A stretch of 64,000 nt of DNA, from NCBI GenBank assembly GCA_965248435.1, contig OZ252100.1, forward strand, positions 2,176,001 to 2,240,000. Direction: 5' to 3'. The DNA comes from Candidatus Latescibacterota bacterium (GTDB lineage Bacteria; Latescibacterota; UBA2968; GCA-2709665). The translations under genes and the position numbers were made by a program. Below the pieces are notes generated by a model, which was not told where the DNA came from, did no database searches, and was given only the letters and a program-made list of their open reading frames with translations. This document shows positions 38,956 to 47,408 of this stretch, in pieces; within the stretch, counting starts at the first letter, position 1; each line of letters starts with the position of its first letter.

Positions 38956-39267
38956 TTACATCGTGTCTGGATTGACATCATCCAGGCGAGATAACATGGC
39001 TTCGATCTTGAGCTGCGCTTCTTCTTTATTGCGGATTAATGAGGCGTTTTCCTCGTAGACACTCTGAAGTTCATCCCGTTCACTCCGGAGCGCTGACGAC
39101 TCCTGCTCTTTCCGGCTCAACTGCCCCTGGAGTTCCTCGCATCGTCGGCTCAGGCTGTCCTTTTCCTGGCGCAACTTTTCAATCAGCTCAACGGCTCGGT
39201 CAATCTCTGTAACCAGGCGATCGATCCCCTCGCTCGTCTCTTTTTCAGCTAAAACTTCTGCTTCCAT
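38956..39267 (-). CDS. zapB: ZapB-like coiled-coil protein
   Basis: All-helical heptad pattern directly upstream of zapA. Confidence 0.65.
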   Translation of the reverse strand: MEAEVLAEKETSEGIDRLVTEIDRAVELIEKLRQEKDSLSRRCEELQGQLSRKEQESSALRSERDELQSVYEENASLIRNKEEAQLKIEAMLSRLDDVNPDTM

Positions 39268-39336
39268 GCGGTTCCCCCATCATCAAAGCCAGATTCCTGG
39301 ATTCACTCTCATTTAGCACGGCACGAACACTACCGC

Positions 39337-39365
39337 AATTTAATACCTCTCATACTCAAAGTCAA
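39337..39365 (-). promoter_or_regulatory. sigma70-type promoter of the zapB-zapA unit
   Basis: TTGACT-17 bp-TAAATT. Confidence 0.6.
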
Positions 39366-39408
39366 GGTAGGGCCGTATAGACAAGGGCCCCAACAGGTTG
39401 CCTTCAAC

Positions 39409-39460
39409 AAAAAATCGGGTGGGGGACACGGTGACCGATTCGATCACGTCCCCCAACCGA
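39409..39460 (-). terminator. Terminator after rplT
   Basis: GGGGGAC...GTCCCCC stem followed by a T run on the minus strand. Confidence 0.65.
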
Positions 39461-39481
39461 TTCAATGCGTCGCGTACTCGT

Positions 39482-39835
39482 TTAGCTCTGTTCCGAGGCC
39501 TTCTTGACCAGCACGCCAAATGCGTTCGGATCGGACACGGCGAGATCGGCGAGGACCTTCCTGCTGACTTCGACGCGGGCGTTCCTCAGCCCATTCATAA
39601 GACGGCTGTAAGACATTCCGTGCATCCGCGCCGCCGCATTGATTCGCACGATCCAAAGGGATCGAAACGAACGCTTCTTCTGTCTCCTATCCCGATACGC
39701 ATACGCCATTCCCCGTTCGACGCTGCCAATCACCGTGCGAAGGAGTTTGCTTCGGCCGCCCCGATACCCCTTAGCCCGCTTTAGCAGCTTTTTCCGTCTA
39801 CGATGGGACGCGACGCTGTTTCTAGCTCTTGGCAC
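39482..39835 (-). CDS. rplT: 50S ribosomal protein L20
   Basis: AKGYRGGRS, AYRDRRQKKRSFRSLWIVRINAAAR. Confidence 0.98.
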   Translation of the reverse strand: MPRARNSVASHRRRKKLLKRAKGYRGGRSKLLRTVIGSVERGMAYAYRDRRQKKRSFRSLWIVRINAAARMHGMSYSRLMNGLRNARVEVSRKVLADLAVSDPNAFGVLVKKASEQS

Positions 39836-39981
39836 TTTTTCTCCTCAATTCGCTAGGTCTCCATACTTCAGCTATTTGTAAAGGTTTCAGTTCCGCGATT
39901 CTGGAGTGTTGAGGTGTTGGAAAAACATGCTTTCCAATTGCTCCATTCCCCCACTACTCCGGCACTCGCGTCTTCTTCCTG

Positions 39982-40176
39982 TTAGGATGCGAGCATCCTG
40001 TCCACGCGCGCGCGGTCCGCTTCGTGAATCTCTCCGGGACGGCGCAGGTGCAATTTTCTCTTGCTCGACTTTTTGGTCAGGTAGTGCGTGGCCGTTGACT
40101 TACCCCTGCGAACACTTCCGGATTTTCGTCTCCGGAACCGCTTTGCTGCCCCACGGTGGGTCTTCATCTTAGGCAT
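39982..40176 (-). CDS. rpmI: 50S ribosomal protein L35
   Basis: MPKMKTHRGAAKRF. Confidence 0.97.
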   Translation of the reverse strand: MPKMKTHRGAAKRFRRRKSGSVRRGKSTATHYLTKKSSKRKLHLRRPGEIHEADRARVDRMLAS

Positions 40177-40214
40177 GTTTAGACTCTCTTAAAATAGATC
40201 CCTGGATCAATAAG

Positions 40215-40757
40215 CTACTTCGGCGCGAAAATCATCACCATGTCTCGGCCTTCGTTCCGGGACGGTGCTTCCGGAGATCCGAACTCCTTAAGATCTTCTT
40301 CCACTCTGGCAAGCAGTTCCCGGCCTTGATCTCGATACAAGTTTTGCCTGCCGCGGAACTGAACCGTAATCCTAACTTTGTGTCGGCTCTCCAGAAATTT
40401 TTCTGCGTGTTTCATCTTGAACTGGTAATCGTGATCGCTCGTCTGAAGTCTAAGTCGAATCTCTTTGAGTTGAGAACTCGCCTGCTTCCCCTTTTTCGCC
40501 TTCTTGCTTTGCTCATAGCGGTACTTTCCATAATTCATAATACGACAGACGGGAGGTCGTGCATCGGGTGCGACCTCCACCAGGTCCAGTTCCTGCTCCT
40601 GCGCAAGCTCCAACGCCTTGGTCGTCTCCACGACACCAAGTTGATCGCCGCTCTCGGAGATCAACCGGACTTGAGGGACCCGGACCAGTTCGTTCATCCG
40701 CGGCGAGTCTTCGCGGCGATCCCTGAAGCCCCTTTGTCCTCTTGGCCCTCTATTTAT
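40215..40757 (-). CDS. infC: Translation initiation factor IF-3, non-canonical ATA start
   Basis: LDLVEVAPDARPPVCRIMNYGK; AGGAGGT lies 5 nt before an in-frame ATA at 40757, 20 codons upstream of the track's ATG. Confidence 0.93.
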   Translation of the reverse strand: MNRGPRGQRGFRDRREDSPRMNELVRVPQVRLISESGDQLGVVETTKALELAQEQELDLVEVAPDARPPVCRIMNYGKYRYEQSKKAKKGKQASSQLKEIRLRLQTSDHDYQFKMKHAEKFLESRHKVRITVQFRGRQNLYRDQGRELLARVEEDLKEFGSPEAPSRNEGRDMVMIFAPK

Positions 40758-40793
40758 AAGACACCTCCTAAACGTGTGAAGGTCGTATGAAAC

Positions 40794-42731
40794 CTACGAT
40801 GCCGACTTCTTATCAATCTCGCCCCGCATCCTCGCAACAACCTCCTCAAGTCCTGTTTTACCCAGGTCACCCTCACCGTGGCGACGAAGCGATACCGTGC
40901 CCTCTTCCTCTTCCTGTTTGCCGACGATCAACATGTAAGGAATCTTCTGAATTTCGGCCGCTCGTATTTTGTGACCCAGCTTGCCGTCCTGGTCGTCTCT
41001 CTCAACGCGGAACCCTTCTCTTTTGAGACGTTCCGCAACCTTTTCGCCATAACCGGCAACGGCATCGGAAATCGGCAACACAATCGCCTGGACGGGCGCG
41101 ATCCACAACGGAAAATTGCCCGCGTAGTGCTCGATCAACACGCCGAAGAACCGCTCCATCGACCCCAACAGCGTCCGATGGACCATGTAGGGCCGATGAC
41201 GGTGGCCATCCTGGCCCACGAAGTTCAGATCGAACCGCTCTGGGAGATTGAAGTCGAACTGAATCGTGCTGCACTGCCATTCCCTGTCCAGCGTGTCATT
41301 GATCATCACGTCGATTTTCGGTCCGTAGAAGGCACCTGCACCTTCGTCAATCCGGTATGGCACACCGTGGGCATCCACGGTTCGCCGAAGGGCGTCCGTC
41401 GCCCGATCCCAGTCTTCGAGATCACCCACGTACTTCTCGGGGCGCGTTGAGATATGCAAACCGAAGTCCTCGAAACCGAAGGAGCCCAGGATGTTCAGCG
41501 TGAAGTCGATGACCCGGCCGATTTCGTCCTCCACCTGGTCCGGCCGACAAAAGATGTGGGCGTCGTCCTGAGTAAACCCGCGAACGCGCATCAAACCGTG
41601 CAACACGCCTGCACGCTCGTAGCGGTAAACGGTACCCAGTTCGGCCCAGCGAAAGGGGAGCTCACGATAGCTCCTCAGGCGGCTTTTGTAGATCATACTG
41701 TGGAAGGGACAGTTCATCGGCTTGGCGAAATACTCTTGCCCGTCGATGTCCATCGGGGCGTACATGCTCTCCCGAAAGTAGTCGAGGTGTCCGCTCTTCT
41801 CCCAGAGCCTAGACCGACCCACGTGTGGGGATCCGACCAGCTCGTAGCCCCCGTCATAATGTTCCTGGCGCCAGAAGGTTTCGATCTCGTTCCGGATGCG
41901 GGCACCCTTAGGATGCCAGAGTACCAGACCCGGACCCACGAGGTCATTCACTGAGAACAGATCCAGCTCCGAGCCCAGTATGCGATGGTCGCGCCGCTTC
42001 GCCTCTTCCAGCCGGTCCAGGTACGCCTTCAGATCCTTCCCGTCCGGAAAAGAGATGCCATATATCCGCTGGAGCATCTTGTTCGATTCGTCGCCACGCC
42101 AATAGGCCCCCGAAGAACCCAGGAGCTTAACTTCCTTGATCTTTCCCGTGCTCGGAACGTGTGGGCCCCGACACAGATCGCACCACTTGTCCTCATTTCT
42201 GTAGATGCTGATCGTCTGATCAGGCTCGATTTCCGAAAGAATCTCCAACTTATACGCTTCGTCCAGGTCTTCGAAGATCTTCAGGGCTTCTTCCCTGGAC
42301 ACTTCCTGCCTTTCGAAGCGCTGATCTTCGGAGATGATCTCATGCATCCGGTCTTCGATCTTCTCGAGTTCGTCGGGTGTGAACGGCTGCTCCCGATCGA
42401 AATCGTAGTAGAATCCGTTCTCTATCGGAGGACCGATGGTGACCTTCACATCCGGAAACAGATCCTGCACCGCCTGCGCCAAAATGTGGGCCGTGGAGTG
42501 CCAGTAGACCTCTTTGCCCTCAGGCGCTGCAAAGGTCAGGATCTCAACCAGTGCATCGCTCTCGAGCGAAGCGCTCAGGTCAACCGGCATTCCCTCCACC
42601 TTCCCAGCCAGCGCTGCACGTGACAAGCCGGGGCCGATCGCGTCAGCCACCTCTTTAATCGAGGTCTGCGCAGGGAAGGTCTTCTGCGACCGGTCGGGTA
42701 AAGTAACCGTGATGTCCCCGTTGGCGACCAA
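40794..42731 (-). CDS. thrS: Threonine--tRNA ligase
   Basis: HSTAH, DLCRGPHV, KPMNCP, RVRGFTQDDAH, FYGPKID. Confidence 0.98.
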   Translation of the reverse strand: MVANGDITVTLPDRSQKTFPAQTSIKEVADAIGPGLSRAALAGKVEGMPVDLSASLESDALVEILTFAAPEGKEVYWHSTAHILAQAVQDLFPDVKVTIGPPIENGFYYDFDREQPFTPDELEKIEDRMHEIISEDQRFERQEVSREEALKIFEDLDEAYKLEILSEIEPDQTISIYRNEDKWCDLCRGPHVPSTGKIKEVKLLGSSGAYWRGDESNKMLQRIYGISFPDGKDLKAYLDRLEEAKRRDHRILGSELDLFSVNDLVGPGLVLWHPKGARIRNEIETFWRQEHYDGGYELVGSPHVGRSRLWEKSGHLDYFRESMYAPMDIDGQEYFAKPMNCPFHSMIYKSRLRSYRELPFRWAELGTVYRYERAGVLHGLMRVRGFTQDDAHIFCRPDQVEDEIGRVIDFTLNILGSFGFEDFGLHISTRPEKYVGDLEDWDRATDALRRTVDAHGVPYRIDEGAGAFYGPKIDVMINDTLDREWQCSTIQFDFNLPERFDLNFVGQDGHRHRPYMVHRTLLGSMERFFGVLIEHYAGNFPLWIAPVQAIVLPISDAVAGYGEKVAERLKREGFRVERDDQDGKLGHKIRAAEIQKIPYMLIVGKQEEEEGTVSLRRHGEGDLGKTGLEEVVARMRGEIDKKSAS

Positions 42732-42888
42732 GGTTCTCCCTATTCTCAGTTCTCTGCCACCAATTTCTTACAAACAAAAAGACGCGCCACATGCGTCTTT
42801 GCGCGCCCGGAAAATTCAAAATGTCAGACCATTTATGCGCTCGGCACTCCTCAAGCGAGGACAATGAGATTAATAAGAAAGTTAAGAA

Positions 42889-42917
42889 AATCTATCTCAT
42901 CCACAAGTTCTTGTCAA
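42889..42917 (-). promoter_or_regulatory. sigma70-type promoter for thrS
   Basis: TTGACA-17 bp-TAGATT. Confidence 0.75.
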
Positions 42918-42943
42918 GGAAATTCCTCAATTTTCAGCCGTTT

Positions 42944-43750
42944 TCAGCCCTCCAGCACGTAGAAGGTCTCTCCGGGATAAGCCATCTTCCGAACCCCTAC
43001 TCGGAGCTCGGCCAGGATCCCCTTCATCACGGACTCATAGTAGGATTCCATACCTTTCTCCCGCCCCCCGAGGCTTTGTGCAGGGAAGGACACGACGACG
43101 ATTTCAGATTCCAGCCGTTTGAGCAAGTCAAGTCCGCTCCCCTTCTTCTGCTGCTCGAGAATCGGGATCGTCTTGAGGAGCAGAACCATATCGGATCCCG
43201 GGTCGGGGCATCCTGTCAGAATATCTCCGCACTTCACCCTGGCAGGCTGGCCCATTCGCCCAAAAAAACGATCGATCAGGGAGGTCAGTCTTTCGTCTAC
43301 GTCAACCGCGATGTACTCCGTCGACCGCTTCAGGGCCATCCAGGGCAGTGCAAACGGGTTTAAACCACAGGCCAGGTCGAGAAGCGTAGCGGGGATTCCG
43401 ACCATTCGAAAGAGTGCAGGATAAAAATCGGCAAGAATGGGCAGGCGTTCTGCAGTGGACGCGTGGCATTTGAGGATTTCAGAGCAGGTCTGCTCGAGGT
43501 GTGATTCGGACACATCACCCTCAAGACCCTCGACGAGCTCTGCAGCCCGGGTAAGATCGGCCTGATCCAGATAAGCCCCATAGACCTGGTGAAGCTTCCG
43601 CTTTGCGGCCTTCGTGGCGGCCTTCAGCGAGGGATGCCGCGACTGTGCCCACTCGGCCACGCGATAAAGCGCGTCTTCGCACAGGTACTGATACTTCTTC
43701 GTCTGCTTTAGGTGATCTACGATTTCTTTGCGGAGGTCGCTCGCCGTCAT
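42944..43750 (-). CDS. 16S rRNA (guanine(1405)-N7)-methyltransferase, ArmA/Rmt/Sgm/FmrO family
   Basis: KRKLHQVYGAY, HASTAERLP, DLACGLNPF, LLLKTIPILEQQ, VVSFPAQSLGGREKGM. Confidence 0.9.
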   Translation of the reverse strand: MTASDLRKEIVDHLKQTKKYQYLCEDALYRVAEWAQSRHPSLKAATKAAKRKLHQVYGAYLDQADLTRAAELVEGLEGDVSESHLEQTCSEILKCHASTAERLPILADFYPALFRMVGIPATLLDLACGLNPFALPWMALKRSTEYIAVDVDERLTSLIDRFFGRMGQPARVKCGDILTGCPDPGSDMVLLLKTIPILEQQKKGSGLDLLKRLESEIVVVSFPAQSLGGREKGMESYYESVMKGILAELRVGVRKMAYPGETFYVLEG

Positions 43751-43765
43751 GAGAAATACGTCCTT

Positions 43766-43860
43766 CGCGACAACGGACCGCGGACTGCAGACCGCTAGAG
43801 TCTAAAGGCGATTTCATCTCGCGGTCTGCCGTCTGTCGTCCGCCGTCCGCCGTCCGCCCT
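43766..43860. repeat. Inverted heptamer arrays around a short spacer
   Basis: CGGACCGCGGACTGCAGACCGC spacer GCGGTCTGCCGTCTGTCGTCCGCCGTCCGCCGTCCG. Confidence 0.7.
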
Positions 43861-44930
43861 TAGCGAAGCCGCTCCATCATTTTGGCGTAGAATCTCAGAT
43901 TGTGCAGCGTCGCGAGCCGTTTGCCCAGACTTTCCTTCACCTTAAACAGATGGTGGAGATAGCCGCGGGTAAACTGGCTACAGCAGGGACAGTCGCACCG
44001 TTCATCGACAGGTAGCCCATCCCTGGCAAACCTTTCGTCACCGATGTAAAGATACCGCCAGAAGTCTTCACTCTGGGATCCGAAGCCGTCCCAGTCGATC
44101 TCTAATGTATAGAGTCGACCCTGGCGGGCGTCGCGTGTCGGCATGACACAATCAAAGAGGTCATATCCGAAGCGATGGGCCTTCATCAGGTTGTCCGGAT
44201 TTCCGATTCCCAGGCCGTGTGTGGGATGACCTTCTGGAATCTGCTCGGCGACGAAGCCGACAATATCCAGTAGGTGTCCATCCTTGTCGATCGGCCAGCC
44301 CCCGAATCCGTAGCCGTCAAACCCGATCTCGAAAAGCGACTCCGCGCAGCGCAAGCGCAGAGCCCGGTCTTTACCGCCGTGGACAACCCCAAAAAGCAGC
44401 GGGCGCTGGGTGCCGCCGGCCCCCGAGTCCAGGAGCCGGTTGAACTCCGCCCTGCACCGGCGGGACCAAGCGACGGTCCGCTCAACACTCTCGGTCTGCG
44501 CACGCGTATCCTCGTCGGGATGGGTGCAATGGTCGAGGCAGAACATGATGTCCGCACCCAACTGAAACTGTTTCTGAATACACGTTTCCGGAGTCAGGCG
44601 ACGCTTCTTTCCACCATCCGGCTTGTAGACAAAGCCTTCTGAGGAGACCCGTCCCTTCCTGATGAGTGAATGCATCTGAAATCCACCCGAGTCCGAAGCA
44701 ATCGGTCCGCCCCATCCCGTAAAGGAATGGATGCCTCCCAGGCTCTCGATCAAGGAGATTCCGGGCCGGTTCCAAAGATGCAGCGTGTTGACCATGAACC
44801 CCTCAATCCCAACCTCCTTCAAATCGGCCGGTCCTAGACCACGTACGACGCCCATCGTCCCGTCAGGCAGGAAGGCCGGCAATCGAAGCGACCCGTGTCC
44901 AGACTGCACCTGCTTCAAACGCTCGTCCAT
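43860..44930 (-). CDS. tgt: tRNA-guanine transglycosylase family protein, divergent substrate pocket
   Basis: DSGGFQ, LDHC, FDCVMPTRDAR, Zn site CDCPCC...HNL; atypical PDGT, VVHGG, GFGGWP, HGLG. Confidence 0.88.
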   Translation of the reverse strand: MDERLKQVQSGHGSLRLPAFLPDGTMGVVRGLGPADLKEVGIEGFMVNTLHLWNRPGISLIESLGGIHSFTGWGGPIASDSGGFQMHSLIRKGRVSSEGFVYKPDGGKKRRLTPETCIQKQFQLGADIMFCLDHCTHPDEDTRAQTESVERTVAWSRRCRAEFNRLLDSGAGGTQRPLLFGVVHGGKDRALRLRCAESLFEIGFDGYGFGGWPIDKDGHLLDIVGFVAEQIPEGHPTHGLGIGNPDNLMKAHRFGYDLFDCVMPTRDARQGRLYTLEIDWDGFGSQSEDFWRYLYIGDERFARDGLPVDERCDCPCCSQFTRGYLHHLFKVKESLGKRLATLHNLRFYAKMMERLR

Positions 44931-44936
44931 GCGCCC

Positions 44937-45590
44937 TCAGGGCAAATGCAGCATTTTGTGGATTCGACACGAAAGCCGCCAGCTCGGATGTCGCGTCAGA
45001 ATCTCGAGAGTTTTATGGATATACTCTGGTCTGTTCGACTCCGGCTGAAGGTAGATGAACTCCGCGCGATCTTCTTCGACGATGTCCTCCCGGAACGCCT
45101 TGCCCACGACATATTTCAACTCGGTGATCACTTTCAGTCCCGGCGCGAGATTCCGACGCTTGGGGGACACCGTCCAGTGATCGATCAAGTCGTAGAGTTC
45201 GCCATCCGGCTCCAGAGCACCGTTCGTCTCGATGTGAATCATGTAGCCAGACCCCTTCAGTGTGTGACAGAGCGGCGTAATGTTCTGGCCCAGCGGTTCC
45301 CCGCCCGTGAGGCAGATCCATCCCGCGCGATGTCTCCTGACTTCCCGAAGGATCTCTTCAAGCCCCATGTCGGTGTAGGAATCAAACTCAGTGTCACAAA
45401 ACGCGCACCGAAGATTGCACCTCGCGAGTCTGACAAACGTCGTCGGCTGTCCGACACGCAGGCCCTCCCCTTCGATCGAGTAGAAGATCTCGTTGATCTG
45501 CAGGGTGTGCCCGTCCTCGCGCCATACAGGCATGCGCTCCTGCGGTGCGGATGGGTTTTCGAGCGCGTCGTTCTCGAACTCTTGACTCAC
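44937..45590 (-). CDS. queE: 7-carboxy-7-deazaguanine synthase (radical SAM)
   Basis: EIFYSIEGEG, FVRLARCNLRCAFCDT, TGGEP, IETNG, VSPK, YLQPE. Confidence 0.92.
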   Translation of the reverse strand: MSQEFENDALENPSAPQERMPVWREDGHTLQINEIFYSIEGEGLRVGQPTTFVRLARCNLRCAFCDTEFDSYTDMGLEEILREVRRHRAGWICLTGGEPLGQNITPLCHTLKGSGYMIHIETNGALEPDGELYDLIDHWTVSPKRRNLAPGLKVITELKYVVGKAFREDIVEEDRAEFIYLQPESNRPEYIHKTLEILTRHPSWRLSCRIHKMLHLP

Positions 45591-45769
45591 ACGAGCGTCC
45601 TTTTTTCTGAACCATCATTTCGTCGATCCTGACAGAATATAGTTTTTGTCCTGAGGATGCGCAATCTGCCTCCAATCGACTTTAAAATCGGAAAACGGCT
45701 TGACAAATCAACCCGGACGATGGACATTTCTGACACGATCCCACCTTCTGACAGACGCTGGACTTCCCG

Positions 45770-46561
45770 ATGCACACCTTCGCTGCCCTAACGATACCTC
45801 GAGACAAGGTAGGGATTCACTGGTTCGGACAAAGTTCCTTCGCACTGAAGGATACCACGGGGACCCTCGTCCAGATCGACCCCTATTTTCCGAGAGAGCG
45901 TCCCTCAGACCGTTTCATCCATCCCGTTTCGCCGCTCGATGAATCCAGCTTGAAGACTCAATTCGTGCTCCTCACGCACGACCACTCGGATCACACCTGC
46001 GTCGAATCCCTCCAGCGCCTCCACGAAGCCTTTCCCGAAACCGTTTTTTTTAGTCCTTCGGAAAGCGTTGCTCGACTCGCGGACTCCGGAATCCCCCAAA
46101 ATCTTCTCAAACAGGTGGCCTCGGGAGACGAAATTCCGATGGGTTCGATGAAAGCCACGGCGGTCTGGGCGAAACCGGCAGCCGGCCACGCGGAAGCAGG
46201 CATCGATCCGCCTGACGTGCATCACCTCGGCTACGTCGTTGAAGCAGGAAACGTGCGTGTCTATGTCTCGGGAGATCCCATCAACACCTTCGCAGAGCGC
46301 GATGACCTCCTGCGTCCCATCGCGAGTCTTTGCCCTCAAATCGGACTCTTAACCACGCATCCTACCGAGGGCGAGTTTCCCTTCTTCGCCGGGTCAGTCG
46401 AAACGGCGCTGGAACTCGGCCTCGAGGCAGCCATTCCCGCCCATTACGATTGCTTTGTCGCGAGGAACTACGACGCCGAGGCCTGGGCGGCGATCTTCCC
46501 TGAGTCCGGCCCCAAGCCGATCGTCATTCCCTACAACAGCGCGATCGTCTACCCCGACTGA
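45770..46561 (+). CDS. Metallo-beta-lactamase fold hydrolase (UlaG-like)
   Basis: WFGQSSF, IDPY, THDHSDH, YVSGD, IPAHYD. Confidence 0.88.
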   Translation: MHTFAALTIPRDKVGIHWFGQSSFALKDTTGTLVQIDPYFPRERPSDRFIHPVSPLDESSLKTQFVLLTHDHSDHTCVESLQRLHEAFPETVFFSPSESVARLADSGIPQNLLKQVASGDEIPMGSMKATAVWAKPAAGHAEAGIDPPDVHHLGYVVEAGNVRVYVSGDPINTFAERDDLLRPIASLCPQIGLLTTHPTEGEFPFFAGSVETALELGLEAAIPAHYDCFVARNYDAEAWAAIFPESGPKPIVIPYNSAIVYPD

Positions 46562-46590
46562 TCGCGCCCTGGACGGCAGCCCACGATCCA

Positions 46591-47313
46591 TCACACATAG
46601 TCCTCGGCGTTGTCTTCCGGATCGTATCCAAGTTCCTCACGTGCATTCTGGATGTCCCAGTAGGCGCGCCTATTGTTGGAGATCCCGTAATAGATCCCGA
46701 ACGTCACGGGCTCTGCTTCGATGCTGCGTCGGATAAGCTGAACGGCGTCCCGGTGGCTCAGCCAGGTCGAAAGAATCCGGTCGTCTCCCCTGTTGCGAAC
46801 GGAGGCTTCGGGTTGAAAGGTGCCGATTCGTAAACAGATCACCGAAAGTCCGAATCGATCGACGTAGTGCCGGCCGAGATGCTCTCCAAAGGCCTTACTG
46901 ACGCCGTAGAGACTGTCCGGGCGGCAGGGCATGTCCGGACGGGTATAGACGCCCTCCTGCTCGTAGAATCCGGTCACGTGGTTGGTGCTGGCAAACACAA
47001 TTCGCTTGACGCCCGATCGGCGGGCCGCTTCGAACACGGTGTAGGTGCCTCGAATGTTGGCTTCGAGGACCGCATCCCAGGGCGCGTCCAGATTCGGGTT
47101 TCCCGCCAGGTGAACAATCGCCTCGATCCCATCGACGACCTCCACCATGTGATCCAGTTGGGTGACGTCTCCAACAAAAATTTCTTCACCCGCAGTCGCG
47201 GATAGTGGCGCGCGGTCGTGGAGGCGCAACCGATACCGGTCCTTAAGGCCCTCACGTAGGACTCGACCGACGCCTCCGGCCGCCCCGGTGACAAGAAGGT
47301 TTTTGCGGTCCAT
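46591..47313 (-). CDS. NAD-dependent epimerase/dehydratase (uronate dehydrogenase-like)
   Basis: TGAAGGVG, ASTNHVTG, YGVSK, LRIG, TWLSHRD, YGISNN. Confidence 0.88.
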   Translation of the reverse strand: MDRKNLLVTGAAGGVGRVLREGLKDRYRLRLHDRAPLSATAGEEIFVGDVTQLDHMVEVVDGIEAIVHLAGNPNLDAPWDAVLEANIRGTYTVFEAARRSGVKRIVFASTNHVTGFYEQEGVYTRPDMPCRPDSLYGVSKAFGEHLGRHYVDRFGLSVICLRIGTFQPEASVRNRGDDRILSTWLSHRDAVQLIRRSIEAEPVTFGIYYGISNNRRAYWDIQNAREELGYDPEDNAEDYV

Positions 47314-47408
47314 TTAGATCCCTGCTGCGGTCTATTCCAAATTGATTTCCAATATCATTGAAAATTGGTTACTGGACATTGGAGATCGGATGTTTTTCTT
47401 TTTAGCCT

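Noticed and set aside
42778-42800. tRNA-Thr anticodon mimic in the thrS leader
   Set aside because: TGT is not centred in the 7-nt loop, and the following T run fits a terminator better.
43860-44930. dpd DNA-modification island
   Set aside because: No dpdB/dpdC or helicase genes; overall length and motifs remain closer to tRNA-type TGT.
45770-46561. Beta-lactamase resistance gene
   Set aside because: No signal peptide; motifs fit the UlaG-like branch of the MBL fold.
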